From: Fidelibacterota bacterium
Lineage (GTDB): Bacteria > Fidelibacterota > Marinisomatia > Marinisomatales > S15-B10
Reading direction: 5' to 3'
DNA: 64,000 nt
NCBI GenBank assembly: GCA_046861655.1
Contig: JBHIAI010000002.1
Span: 41,873 to 105,872, forward strand
The position numbers and the translations under genes are program-made. Positions 1 to 9,485 of the stretch are shown here, piece after piece. The notes under the pieces were generated by a model that saw nothing but the letters and a program-made list of their open reading frames with translations, searched no databases and had not been told where the DNA came from. How positions within the stretch are numbered: the stretch's first letter is position 1; each line of letters begins with the position of its first letter.

Positions 1-387
1 GGTGCCACCCTTGAGGTAACGGGGACTCTGGATCAGACCACAGGGGATTTGGTGGCCGAAAGGATCAAGGTATTTCAGGTCGTCCTTACGGGTCAGGTGA
101 ATTCGGCCGTTGTAAACAATGAATTTGAACTCACCGATATCACCATTCTGGAGGGTAATGTTGACGTGAGCACCCTGTCCGGTATGGTCAGGTTGACGCC
201 AGATACTGAAGTGGAAGGGGAAGAAATTCCGGTTGGGGTCCGGGTGACGGTGACCGGAAATGTGGAACCCTCCACGGGTACGTTTGTGGCTTCCAGGATC
301 GTGGTGATCGTCACAGAAAGAGAGCTTATCGTGGACATGGAAGATAATCAGGGCCGGAAACGGGAGCTCGTCATCAGATTTCAATAG
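1..387 (+). CDS. 5'-truncated exported protein with DUF5666-like OB-fold repeats
   Basis: Frame 1 is open from base 1 (GATLEVTGTLDQTTGDLVAERIKV...). It has the repeated V.V.G.......F/LVA.RI pattern typical of DUF5666, and its stop overlaps the next start. Confidence 0.55.
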   Translation, partial: GATLEVTGTLDQTTGDLVAERIKVFQVVLTGQVNSAVVNNEFELTDITILEGNVDVSTLSGMVRLTPDTEVEGEEIPVGVRVTVTGNVEPSTGTFVASRIVVIVTERELIVDMEDNQGRKRELVIRFQ

Positions 388-3179
388 TGGAGATTTCCGT
401 GGGATCATTTTTCGCCAATGGGGTTGCCAGAAGGGCAGGATGGATCGCGGCGTTCGTGATTTTCAGGACTCTTGGGGCCTTTCAGGCCGGGGCTATCACT
501 CACTATCCTGTCCCTCAGCATACAGCCGATAGACCCCTGGAGATTAAGGCTACAGTTTCCATGGCGACAGAGGTGGACAGGATGGATCTCTTCTACCGCC
601 GGGCGGACGAAGATGGATTCATTGAGATAGAAATGGATGTCGTCCCCGACGGATGGCAGGGTCAAATCCCCCTCGGTTATCTGACGGAGGAGGGGATCGA
701 GTACTATATATCGGCCTCCCTGGAGGATGGTACTGTAGTGACGTTCCCTGCGCAGGATCCCGTGGGGAGTCCCCAAACAGTGAAGATTGTCATGCCTGAA
801 GCGTCTCAGCCGGAAATGGCGCGAAGAGAAACCATCGGTGAGGAAGCCATCCTCATTTTCAGTCCCGAGCCGGGATCCAGGGTGCCCACGGATGCCGTGC
901 TCGTTTCGGTATCCCTTTTCCATGTGGATTCGGTGGATGTTTCATCCGTACGGCTGGCAGTGGACGGTCAGGACGTGACGTCCCGGGCATCGGTTGGGAC
1001 TGACCTGGTTGTCTACGAACCCGTGTTGATGCCGCCGGGTTCTCACCGGGTACGTTTGACTGTGAAGACACTGGACGGTCGGGCCGTGGAGCCGAAATCG
1101 TGGTCATTCGACGTAACGGGCAAACTGGAGAAGGAAGTGGAGAGGGCTCTGACCTACGGGGGAAGGATCAACAGTGGGTATTCCCTGGATGCCATCGAGG
1201 GCCAGAGCCTGTCGATTGGGTTGACATCGGCTTCGGTGACCGGGAAGTGGCGGGGTTTAGACTTTAAGACCGATCTGAAGTTTACCACGGAGGAGGACCC
1301 CTTCAAGCAGCCCAGAAACCGGTACCAGTTCAAGGTGGATGCAGGACGGTATTTCAGTCTGAATCTGGGGGATTTCAACAGCAGGCTGTCGAGATTCACC
1401 CTGGATGGGAAGCGGGTCCGGGGTCTGGAGGCAAACCTGAAACTGGGTTGGGTGAATTTTCACCTGGTGAGAGGTGAGCTGGACCGTGTCATTCAGGGAC
1501 GCCTGGGGGTGAATCAATCCCTGTTTCTTGAGAGTGTTGAGGCGACACAGAATGAACAGGATTCCACGAAGACCGACATCATCTACCGGTTGAATCGAAA
1601 GGGCTTCACCTTTCGCAAGAACATCTCCGCCGCCCGGTTGAGCTTTGGAAAAGGGAGCCGGTTTCAACTGGGGTTTAACTGGCTTAAGGCCAAGGACGAC
1701 ATCGGTTCCGTTCAGCAGGCTCTCGATAAGGCTCTTATCGATGTGGACCGGGATTCTTCTGGTTCAATTCCCCTGGAGATCGCCGTAGGGCAGTACGAAT
1801 ACGGGGAATTGAGAAGTGAGATCGACAAGAGAGGAAACTACCGGCTGGTCCTGCCCGAAACAGATTGGGAGGGGGACGCTCCTCAGGATAATATCGTTCT
1901 GGGATCAGACATTCGCTTTTTCCTGGATCGAAAAAGGATAGGGTTTGAGGCCGGTTGGGCCTTCAGCATACTGAATAAGGACATCTGGGACGGTCCCTTC
2001 AGTCTCGCCGGCCTGGATACGCTCATGGACGATGAGCTGGATGGCAGAGCGGGCGATATTGACATCTCGGGTTTTCCTGATCCTTCCGAATATGAGGACA
2101 TTTTTGTTATCAATGAAAACATTGTGCCCCTTGTGCCCATAGACCCTGACTCCGCCCTGCTGGCGGATGATCCCCTGAAGGCGATCCTTAATATGCCTTC
2201 CCTCGCCTATTACCTTAAGGCTTCCGCCCGCTACCTTGGCAACCAGTTCAATTTCCAGTACATCAAGGTGGGGCCTGAATTCAATTCCCTGGGGAATCCC
2301 TACATTCAGGAGAATAACAGGGAATACTCCGTATCCGACCGGGTGGGGCTGTTTCGGAACAGATTCCTGGTACACGTAATCTACAAGCATCAAGACGATG
2401 ACATTCTGAGAACGGTGGAGAATGTGACCACCACCGAGACTTTCAGGACCAACCTGGGGCTCTACCCCGGGGGCGGCCTGCCCACCGTCACATTCAGTTT
2501 CCGCAATCAGGACAGGGATAACGGAAAAACCACGCTTGATACGGTGACTGTGGACACGGCAAACGGCAGAATCGACCTGGAGGACCTGCGGGACTTCACC
2601 CGGACTACCCACACCACCGTGGGCGTGAACCATCGCCTGGGGGCGTTGGGGATGGAGCACAATGTCTCGGTAAACTATGTTCAGCTTAAGCGTGCCGACC
2701 AGTATTACGAGGATGAGGACCGTCCCCTCCCACCCTTTTTCGAAGTGGTCGGCGGAGACAGTGTATTTGTCGATTCATCCTTCGTCTCTCCCAGTCTGAG
2801 TTCCCAGGTGACCAACGTAGCCCTGGTCACCGACTACCCCTTTGGCCTGAGAACCACCCTTACCGTGTCCATCAACAAAAGCACCTTCGGGGAAGAAGGT
2901 AGTGAGTTATACGATTACGGAGACCAGGACATCACGGGATTTACTCTTAAAGGGGACTATCGTATGTTGGACGGCCGCCTGGGACTTCGGGGTGGCGTGG
3001 AGATTACGAGTGGCTCGGGTATGGAGGAGTTTCGCCGTCTGGGGTTCGGAGCCGGATTCGGTTACAGAATCACCGATCTTCTCCGGTTCCGCTTTGACGG
3101 GAAACTCCGCTCCAAGAGCACCAACGGGGAGACAAAATCCAGCACCCTTCTTCGGGCCTCTTTGAATTATTCCTTCTAA
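387..3179 (+). CDS. Large outer-membrane beta-barrel protein with N-terminal Ig-like domains, function unknown
   Basis: 930 aa; signal-like N-terminus, beta-sandwich segments (LFYRR...IEYYISA), many amphipathic strands and a C-terminal ASLNYSF (BAM-type terminal Phe). Confidence 0.65.
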   Translation: MEISVGSFFANGVARRAGWIAAFVIFRTLGAFQAGAITHYPVPQHTADRPLEIKATVSMATEVDRMDLFYRRADEDGFIEIEMDVVPDGWQGQIPLGYLTEEGIEYYISASLEDGTVVTFPAQDPVGSPQTVKIVMPEASQPEMARRETIGEEAILIFSPEPGSRVPTDAVLVSVSLFHVDSVDVSSVRLAVDGQDVTSRASVGTDLVVYEPVLMPPGSHRVRLTVKTLDGRAVEPKSWSFDVTGKLEKEVERALTYGGRINSGYSLDAIEGQSLSIGLTSASVTGKWRGLDFKTDLKFTTEEDPFKQPRNRYQFKVDAGRYFSLNLGDFNSRLSRFTLDGKRVRGLEANLKLGWVNFHLVRGELDRVIQGRLGVNQSLFLESVEATQNEQDSTKTDIIYRLNRKGFTFRKNISAARLSFGKGSRFQLGFNWLKAKDDIGSVQQALDKALIDVDRDSSGSIPLEIAVGQYEYGELRSEIDKRGNYRLVLPETDWEGDAPQDNIVLGSDIRFFLDRKRIGFEAGWAFSILNKDIWDGPFSLAGLDTLMDDELDGRAGDIDISGFPDPSEYEDIFVINENIVPLVPIDPDSALLADDPLKAILNMPSLAYYLKASARYLGNQFNFQYIKVGPEFNSLGNPYIQENNREYSVSDRVGLFRNRFLVHVIYKHQDDDILRTVENVTTTETFRTNLGLYPGGGLPTVTFSFRNQDRDNGKTTLDTVTVDTANGRIDLEDLRDFTRTTHTTVGVNHRLGALGMEHNVSVNYVQLKRADQYYEDEDRPLPPFFEVVGGDSVFVDSSFVSPSLSSQVTNVALVTDYPFGLRTTLTVSINKSTFGEEGSELYDYGDQDITGFTLKGDYRMLDGRLGLRGGVEITSGSGMEEFRRLGFGAGFGYRITDLLRFRFDGKLRSKSTNGETKSSTLLRASLNYSF

Positions 3180-3405
3180 ACGTTAGACGTTCAACGTTAG
3201 GCGTCTTCCGCAGTACGGTCTACGCATTACGCCTGACGGCTCATTTCAAAATGATAATTGAAAATGGTAAATGCAGGAGTGAAGAAACCTGTGATATTGA
3301 ATGATTCTACATTTTGTACTTTCCATTTTGCATTCTTCATTGTTACGGTTCAGGTCCATCACGTCCTCAAATAATCCATAGTCAATTCTCTGTTTCTAAG
3401 CCGGC

Positions 3406-4338
3406 CTATCCCTCGAAAAGGAACAGGTCCGTATTGTCGCGGAAGGTGGAGTACAAAGCCTCCATGGAATCGATGACGAAGTAGCGATCCTGGATATCGC
3501 TGTAGTCAAACCGGGTAAGGACCACCTCCCCCACATCGAAGGGAAGGAACCTGGACCGGTTGGATTCGCCCGTGGCACAGGCGACCACGTTCATGACCTC
3601 ATCATACGACGAGATGATCCCTGACCCATAAATCTCATAATCAATGTTATTGGGGCTTTTCCGGATCTCATCGGTATGGTTCTGTTTTTTCATGACGCCG
3701 AATTCGTAGCTCCACCAGGCGAAATTTTGGAGGCGCTTCAGGTTGTGGGCAATCAGCTCGGGACCCATGCCCCGTTCATCGGTAATGAGTGCATAGCCCA
3801 GCTGGCCGATTTCCGCCAGAAAATCACCGTACTCCCTGTTGGTGAGAAAAGGAGAATGGCCCCGGATATCGTGAAAAATATCGGGTTCAGGCGTGTATTC
3901 GTCTGTGTTGCGAATGTCCTGTCCTGAGTATTTCTGCCGGAATCGCCCGGATTGACGAATGATGTCCGTAACGGGAAACTTCCGCTGACTGTTCAAGAGG
4001 AAGAAGAGATACTCATTGAGGAATCCGGCCACCGGTGTGAGCATCCAGCCGCTGGCCTGTTCCAGCACAGGAGTCAGGGTCTCGAAATTTGGCCATTCGT
4101 TCCTGGAGAGCCCCAGGGCTCTCAACCCCTGGAGGTATTCCTTCGATGCGTATTGATCAAGGGGATCCTCGAGACGATTGAACAGCCGTCGCCAGATCTC
4201 CCGTTCTTCATCACTGATAGCGCCGTAGTTCTGTTTTATGAGGTAGGGATCATTCTCCGTGAAAATCTTGATCCCTCCCACTGCGTGGGGTTTTACGTTC
4301 CTAAAAAGATGGTCGTATTTGGTGTGCACCTCCAGCAT
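3406..4338 (-). CDS. phhA: Biopterin-dependent aromatic amino acid hydroxylase (phenylalanine-4-hydroxylase-like)
   Basis: YTPEPDIFHDIRGHSPFL (two Fe-ligand His), WWSYEFG (Glu ligand), IYGSGIISS and YSDIQDRYFVIDS. Start placed at MLEVHT (4338); the ORF extends to 4359. Confidence 0.8.
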   Translation of the reverse strand: MLEVHTKYDHLFRNVKPHAVGGIKIFTENDPYLIKQNYGAISDEEREIWRRLFNRLEDPLDQYASKEYLQGLRALGLSRNEWPNFETLTPVLEQASGWMLTPVAGFLNEYLFFLLNSQRKFPVTDIIRQSGRFRQKYSGQDIRNTDEYTPEPDIFHDIRGHSPFLTNREYGDFLAEIGQLGYALITDERGMGPELIAHNLKRLQNFAWWSYEFGVMKKQNHTDEIRKSPNNIDYEIYGSGIISSYDEVMNVVACATGESNRSRFLPFDVGEVVLTRFDYSDIQDRYFVIDSMEALYSTFRDNTDLFLFEG

Positions 4339-4434
4339 GCACGGGAATTTACAACACAAATGATTTTTGTAAACCCCTTTATGGGGACCTTCCAGACGTC
4401 AGCTCCTGCCTCCGGCAGTGCAAAACCTTTTTTC

Positions 4435-4463
4435 TTGACATTTATTGGAAACGGGTTTACAAT
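4435..4463 (+). promoter_or_regulatory. sigma70-type promoter of the motor operon
   Basis: TTGACA (4435-4440), 17-bp spacer, TACAAT (4458-4463), about 55 bp upstream of the 4518 start. Confidence 0.75.
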
Positions 4464-4517
4464 TGTGGGAGCTCGATTGGTTTCCTAATCGTTTCGGGTT
4501 AAATCCGAGGTAATGGC

Positions 4518-5639
4518 GTGAATAAGTTTACTCAGTCTATCTGTACCTTTCTCGTAGTCTGCTCATTTGTCGCAACCGGGTATGCCGCTGACACGTACCG
4601 GATACAGGGGGTGATCCTCGACAGTGGTGGCGACAAGGTGGGCGGTGCACAGGTGGTTCTTTTAGACGCGGACGGTAACGAGGCAGACCAGACCTCCTCT
4701 TCAAAAGGCTTCCTGGGAAAAGGGAAGTTCGAGTTCGACGATCTCAATCCGGGCCGGTACACGGTGAAGGCGACGGCAGGGGAGGCAGGTTCGGCCTCCC
4801 TCGAAGTGGTGGTGGCCGAGGAAGACCGGGAAATTGAATTGACCCTGGCCCCTGTGGGGAAAGGTGAAGAAAACGGCGGTCAGGAAGAAGGTGAAAGAAT
4901 TCCCTCGGGGCGGGATGAATATGTCCTGAGCGAAATCAGTTTCGAACTGAAAAAACTAGGGGCTGAACTGGATCATCTTGGGAGCCAGATCAGGGATCTG
5001 CAAGCGAAGAGTGAGATGTGGACCAACCCCCTGTCCATCTACTCCAAGGAGATCATCCTGGAAAACGGCAGCACCGTTTTCGGGAAGGTCGTGTATCAAG
5101 ATGAAGATATTCTGAAAGTACAGACCCTGGTGGGAAATCTGGTTATCGACCGATCCCAGGTGGTTCGCATAGTGGAGAATGTTCAGGCGGAGGAAGAACC
5201 TGAATACGTTCCCGAGCAGATCCGGGAGACCTACAGTCCACCCCCCATGCCCAGGCTCGCCGAACCGAAGTACGTCGCCGTGACTCCTTCGGAGCGAATT
5301 CCCTCGGAGGTACGGGCGGCCAACGTGGTGCTGGTGGGTAACATTGCGGAGAATAAGGACAGGTCCGGAAACATCACCTTTCAGGGACAGCTCAAGAACC
5401 TTGGCGGCCGGCGGGCCGACTTTGTGAAGGTCAACTTTGTTTTCCGCAAGAACTGGAGCGGGGAGACCAAGACTCTCACCACCTTTGCCAAGGGATCTTA
5501 CCACACCTTTGATTCGGGCATTACCACCGACTCATCGTTGCTCCCCGGCGCCAGTGCCGCCTTCGAACTGGTGGTTCCTGCTGATTTTGGATCCTTCATC
5601 GGGTATTCCCCCACCATCGATTGGGAAGAGTACGAGTGA
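4518..5639 (+). CDS. Exported multidomain protein (carboxypeptidase-regulatory-like beta-sandwich, coiled coil, small SH3/Sm-like domain, C-terminal FxLYD-like Ig domain)
   Basis: Signal peptide ending GYA-A; IQGVILDSGG..VGGAQVVL...GKFEFDDLNPGRYTVKA; IILENGSTVFGKVV; FQGQLKNLGGRRADFVKVNFVF. Confidence 0.6.
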   Translation: MNKFTQSICTFLVVCSFVATGYAADTYRIQGVILDSGGDKVGGAQVVLLDADGNEADQTSSSKGFLGKGKFEFDDLNPGRYTVKATAGEAGSASLEVVVAEEDREIELTLAPVGKGEENGGQEEGERIPSGRDEYVLSEISFELKKLGAELDHLGSQIRDLQAKSEMWTNPLSIYSKEIILENGSTVFGKVVYQDEDILKVQTLVGNLVIDRSQVVRIVENVQAEEEPEYVPEQIRETYSPPPMPRLAEPKYVAVTPSERIPSEVRAANVVLVGNIAENKDRSGNITFQGQLKNLGGRRADFVKVNFVFRKNWSGETKTLTTFAKGSYHTFDSGITTDSSLLPGASAAFELVVPADFGSFIGYSPTIDWEEYE

Positions 5640-6535
5640 ACCGTCCGGTAGCGATTCCGTTGCTCTCAGGGGCTCTTCTTATTCTATGTACCTTGACCGG
5701 GGTACTAACGGGTCAGTCCTCGTCCGGATCTCCCGGGCCCTTGGGGGATGACATCTTCTTCCTGGACCTGGGCATCGTGATTGAACCGGGCACCGGCAAG
5801 GAAGAGGTTAACCGTCTGGTGAAGGCACCTCCGGAGAAGGTGAAATTCTTCCTGGACAAGGAACCCAGTGGTTCCGTCTACATGGCGTCAACCCGGGAGT
5901 TGCATGAGACGCTCGCCCGGATCAGCGACAGGATTGATGCCCTGGAGGAGTCCTTTCACCGGGAGATTACTGCTGTCCGGGTGGAGAATGGCGAGTTGCG
6001 GGAAATGGTGGCCGACCTCCTGGCCAGGGAACCCATTCTTCCCTCCCAACCTGCGGTGACCCCGGTTCCATCTTTGTCCACCCCACCCGTTTCCCGGGAG
6101 GAACAACCCGAACCGGAGGTGGAAGAAAAAGTCGTCGTTACCGCCCCTGCGGCGGACGGCTCTTTCAGCAAGATGAGATACATGAATGCCGTTTTCGCTT
6201 ACCAGAGGGAGGACTACCGGGTCGCCCTGGATCATTTTTCCCGGTTGTACCTGAAGGAGCAGGATCACACCACCAGAGGAAACGTGTTGTACTGGATTGC
6301 CGATTGCTACTATCAACTGGGAGATTACCGGAGAGCTCTCGACACCCTGGAGGAGATCAGATCCCTGGGCCGGTCGGACAAGCAGGATGACGCCCTGGTG
6401 TTGACCGGGCTGGCCTATCGCCAGATGGGTCGGGAAAACGAGGCCCTTGAGGCCTTTGATCATATCCTTCAGTACTATCCCGACAGCGAATACTTCAGGC
6501 TGGCCCGGATGGAGTTGCGGAAATCTCAGGAGTAG
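5636..6535 (+). CDS. CpoB/YbgF-like periplasmic coiled-coil + TPR protein
   Basis: Signal/TM segment, coiled coil (LARISDRIDALEE), Pro-rich linker, TPRs (NVLYWIADCYYQLGDY, DDALVLTGLAY, ILQYYPDSEY). The GTG start overlaps the upstream stop. Confidence 0.7.
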   Translation: MNRPVAIPLLSGALLILCTLTGVLTGQSSSGSPGPLGDDIFFLDLGIVIEPGTGKEEVNRLVKAPPEKVKFFLDKEPSGSVYMASTRELHETLARISDRIDALEESFHREITAVRVENGELREMVADLLAREPILPSQPAVTPVPSLSTPPVSREEQPEPEVEEKVVVTAPAADGSFSKMRYMNAVFAYQREDYRVALDHFSRLYLKEQDHTTRGNVLYWIADCYYQLGDYRRALDTLEEIRSLGRSDKQDDALVLTGLAYRQMGRENEALEAFDHILQYYPDSEYFRLARMELRKSQE

Positions 6536-6540
6536 TCCGT

Positions 6541-7908
6541 ATGGGTAAAACCCACAGATCCGGCGTGTTATTCCTGTTGATCTTGATGTCTGCGCCCCTG
6601 TTGGGCGTGACCCGGGTGGCGTTTACCCGTCCCGGACCCATGGTGAGAATTCCCATGACCCGCACCGTGCGGTCTCCCTATCTTTTCAGTGCAGGTTTCG
6701 GATCGGAGATTCACAATTTTTCCCCTTTCAATGTAGCCAAGGGTGTTTATTTCACCATGGACATATCCGAGAGATTCACCCTGGGATTCTCTTCAGGTCA
6801 GGGGGCGGACACCACCGCTCTGGAGAACATTCTGGAGTCCACCTATGCCCCCCCTGTTGAGTTCGGATTTCATTTCCAGCAGCGCGTTTACACCCGGGGA
6901 GACGTTTCTTTTAGTCTGGGCGTTCACGATGTGGTCTTTGAGAACGCAGATGACGGCTTAAGTCTCGACCCCAAGCAACTGTCTTTTTTCGGGATTATTG
7001 GTAGTGAGAAGTCCTTCGGTGATTATGATCTGCACACGTTTATGGGGTTTGGCACGGGAGGATTTGCCCAGACCCTCGCCACGGGTCAACCCGGAACCGC
7101 CGGGGAAGACACCGCCGGAACCCGGACCGGCGTATTCGCCGGGTTCTTGTTGAACACACCGTTCCTGCCCAAATGGGGTGGACTCGATTTTGTGGGTGAA
7201 TTCGACGGCTCAGGCATCAATGTGGGACTCCGCATCCCCCTTACCTCGGATTATCGCCTGAGTCTAGGATTCACCCACATAGAAAATTTGCCCGCTTTTT
7301 CCGAAGAACCTTATGGTCCCGATCACCCGGGTCTTGCGGTGGGGCTCGACATGTCGGTTCCGAGGGGACCGGTGGTCAGGGAGGTACCGGGTCTGCCCCG
7401 GCCCGGCGAGAGGGGCCCCGCCCCCGTTCCTGAAGCCGCCGTTCGTGACACAATCCTCTTGGCGGCCGATCTGGCAATGGCCAGACTCCGGGATTCTTTG
7501 CGGGTGGAAAAACACTACGTACGGAACCTGGCGACTCAGGTGGCCCGATTGGAGCAGAAAAGCCTCACCCTTGAAGATTCGGTGCGGGCGTTGAGGCTTG
7601 ATCGGGCGGTGAGTCAAAAGAACATCAACCTGGCCATGCAGCACCTGTCCCTTTCCCAGCGTTACGCCTTTGCGGGAGATTACCGGGCGGCTCTTCAGGA
7701 GGTGGAGACTGCCCTGGATTTGAACCCTAATCTGGCACTGGCTTACGCCCGGCGAGGGGCCATATACTATAAGTTGGGAGATATTCAACGGGCGACCATC
7801 AACTGGAATCTGGCTCTCCAGATGGATCCGGAATACGATGACGTGAGAAACATCTTGAAGGCTCTTCACGAGAACCGTTTGAAGGCCATCAGTTTCAACA
7901 AGGAGTAA
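6541..7908 (+). CDS. Predicted outer-membrane beta-barrel (YjbH-like) fused to coiled coil and C-terminal TPRs
   Basis: Signal peptide; beta-strand region (GVFAGFLL..., GEFDGSGINVGLRIPLTSDYRLSLGF); Pro linker; heptad coiled coil; TPR (ALDLNPNLALAYARRGAIYYKLG). Confidence 0.6.
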   Translation: MGKTHRSGVLFLLILMSAPLLGVTRVAFTRPGPMVRIPMTRTVRSPYLFSAGFGSEIHNFSPFNVAKGVYFTMDISERFTLGFSSGQGADTTALENILESTYAPPVEFGFHFQQRVYTRGDVSFSLGVHDVVFENADDGLSLDPKQLSFFGIIGSEKSFGDYDLHTFMGFGTGGFAQTLATGQPGTAGEDTAGTRTGVFAGFLLNTPFLPKWGGLDFVGEFDGSGINVGLRIPLTSDYRLSLGFTHIENLPAFSEEPYGPDHPGLAVGLDMSVPRGPVVREVPGLPRPGERGPAPVPEAAVRDTILLAADLAMARLRDSLRVEKHYVRNLATQVARLEQKSLTLEDSVRALRLDRAVSQKNINLAMQHLSLSQRYAFAGDYRAALQEVETALDLNPNLALAYARRGAIYYKLGDIQRATINWNLALQMDPEYDDVRNILKALHENRLKAISFNKE

Positions 7909-7916
7909 CGTTCCGT

Positions 7917-8702
7917 ATGGACATAGCCACGCTGGTAGGCATCGTGATCGGTTTAGGTGCTATTGGAGGGGGAATCTTCGTGGCCGCTGCTGCCGCCGGT
8001 GCGGGAGCTGAAGGATTCGTTTCCCTGCCGAGTTTCCTGATCGTGTTCGGAGGCATGGTGGCCTCAGTCTCGGTGGCCTTTCCCCTGCCGGAAGTAATGA
8101 AACTGGGGGCGGCCATGGGGGCGGTCTTCAAGGGAGGTTTGATCAGGCTGGGCGAGCTGGTGGATGATGCGGTGGAACTGGCAGGAGTGGCAAGGAAGGG
8201 TGCAGCCGAACTGGAAAAGGGTGTGGGAGACATCCGAAATCCTTTCTTCAGGGATGGCGTCCAGATGGTGGTGGACGGCTATTCCGAAGAGGAATTGGTT
8301 GAGATTCTGGAAACCCGTATCAGCTACCGGGAAGTCCGGGAACGGTCCCAGGCAAGTCTGTTTCAGACCATGGGGACCATGGCGCCAGCGTGGGGGATGA
8401 TTGGGACGCTCATCGGACTGGTTATCATGCTCATGGGATTCGGTGGAGGGGGAGGAACAGAAGCTCTCGGTTCAGGCATGTCCGCCGCCCTGATTACCAC
8501 CTTCTACGGAGCTGTGTTTGCCAATCTGTTCTTTCTCCCCATGGCGGCCAAGCTCAACTCGCGAATCGCTCACACCAGCACCATGCAGGCCATGCTGGTG
8601 GAGGCCGCCCGTTTGATTCATCAGAAAAAACACCCCCTTATCGTCCGGGAGAGACTCAACTCCTTCATTCCTCCCAAGGAATGGAAAAGGGAAGGGGAGT
8701 AA
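7917..8702 (+). CDS. motA: Stator A subunit, MotA/PomA family
   Basis: MDIATLVGIVIG; PSFLIVFGG; ARKGAAELE; NPFFRDGVQMVVDG; APAWGMIGTLIGLV; ALITTFYGAVFANLFFLPMAAKL. Confidence 0.93.
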   Translation: MDIATLVGIVIGLGAIGGGIFVAAAAAGAGAEGFVSLPSFLIVFGGMVASVSVAFPLPEVMKLGAAMGAVFKGGLIRLGELVDDAVELAGVARKGAAELEKGVGDIRNPFFRDGVQMVVDGYSEEELVEILETRISYREVRERSQASLFQTMGTMAPAWGMIGTLIGLVIMLMGFGGGGGTEALGSGMSAALITTFYGAVFANLFFLPMAAKLNSRIAHTSTMQAMLVEAARLIHQKKHPLIVRERLNSFIPPKEWKREGE

Positions 8703-8705
8703 CCT

Positions 8706-9458
8706 GTGCCGAGAAAGCCTCAACCTCCTCCTCCTGAACCGGGTCTCCCCAATTGGTTTGCCACTTTTGCCGATATGATGACGCTTCTCCTGGCCTTTTT
8801 CGTTCTTCTGGCCGCCATTTCCACCATCGATCCCGTCAAACTTCAGGCCATGGCCGATTCCATGAAAAAATCAGTGGGAAAGAAAATAGAGATGGAGGGA
8901 GCCATGAGCCTGGCCGATATCGAGAAGGCGGTTAAGGTGATGGTGTCGCAGGAACAGATGGAGGAAGCTGTGGAAGTGACCACCAGCACCAAGGGTGTCA
9001 CCATCGGCATTTCATCGGACATCAGTTTCGAATCGGGTTCAGCGGACCTGAAACCCGGGATCATGCCCATTCTGGAAAAGATTGTTCCCACGATCGAGAA
9101 TTCGTATTTCCAGGTGGCTGTTGAGGGCCATACTGACAACGTGCCCATTTCGGACAATATCCGGGTGCGGTTTCCCTCTAACTGGGAACTGTCCGGCGCC
9201 CGGGCGGCTTCGGTGGTCCGGGAATTGATCGATATGGGCGTAGAACCCACACGTCTGCAGTCGGTGGGATATGCCGAATACATTCCGAGGGATCGGCCCA
9301 CGGACAGGCTCATCACGGATGAGCTTATCCTCGAGCTGAATGCAACCCCCGATCTTCAGGCCCGTAATCGCCGGGTGGAGATCACCTTTCTGGCTCCCCG
9401 GGGGGGGCCGGTGGGTAGCCACAGGGAGGAGTCGGAGCCGGAGGAGGGGGGAGAGTAA
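8706..9458 (+). CDS. motB: Stator B subunit, MotB/PomB family with OmpA-like peptidoglycan-binding domain
   Basis: WFATFADMMTLLLAFFVLL (conserved Asp), plug helix, FESGSADL, VEGHTDN, NWELSGARA, NRRVEI. Confidence 0.93.
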   Translation: MPRKPQPPPPEPGLPNWFATFADMMTLLLAFFVLLAAISTIDPVKLQAMADSMKKSVGKKIEMEGAMSLADIEKAVKVMVSQEQMEEAVEVTTSTKGVTIGISSDISFESGSADLKPGIMPILEKIVPTIENSYFQVAVEGHTDNVPISDNIRVRFPSNWELSGARAASVVRELIDMGVEPTRLQSVGYAEYIPRDRPTDRLITDELILELNATPDLQARNRRVEITFLAPRGGPVGSHREESEPEEGGE

Positions 9459-9485
9459 GACCTGGAGCCTAAACAAGGAGAGGTC

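Noticed and set aside
5636..6535. Calling this cpoB of a tol-pal operon
   Set aside because: The architecture is similar, but there is no tolA/tolB/pal alongside, so no symbol was assigned.
7917..9458. Zorya ZorAB defence or ExbBD/TolQR system
   Set aside because: MotA has no long ZorA tail and no zorC/D/E is nearby. The B subunit has a MotB TM motif plus an OmpA-like domain rather than ExbD, and FliG is adjacent.
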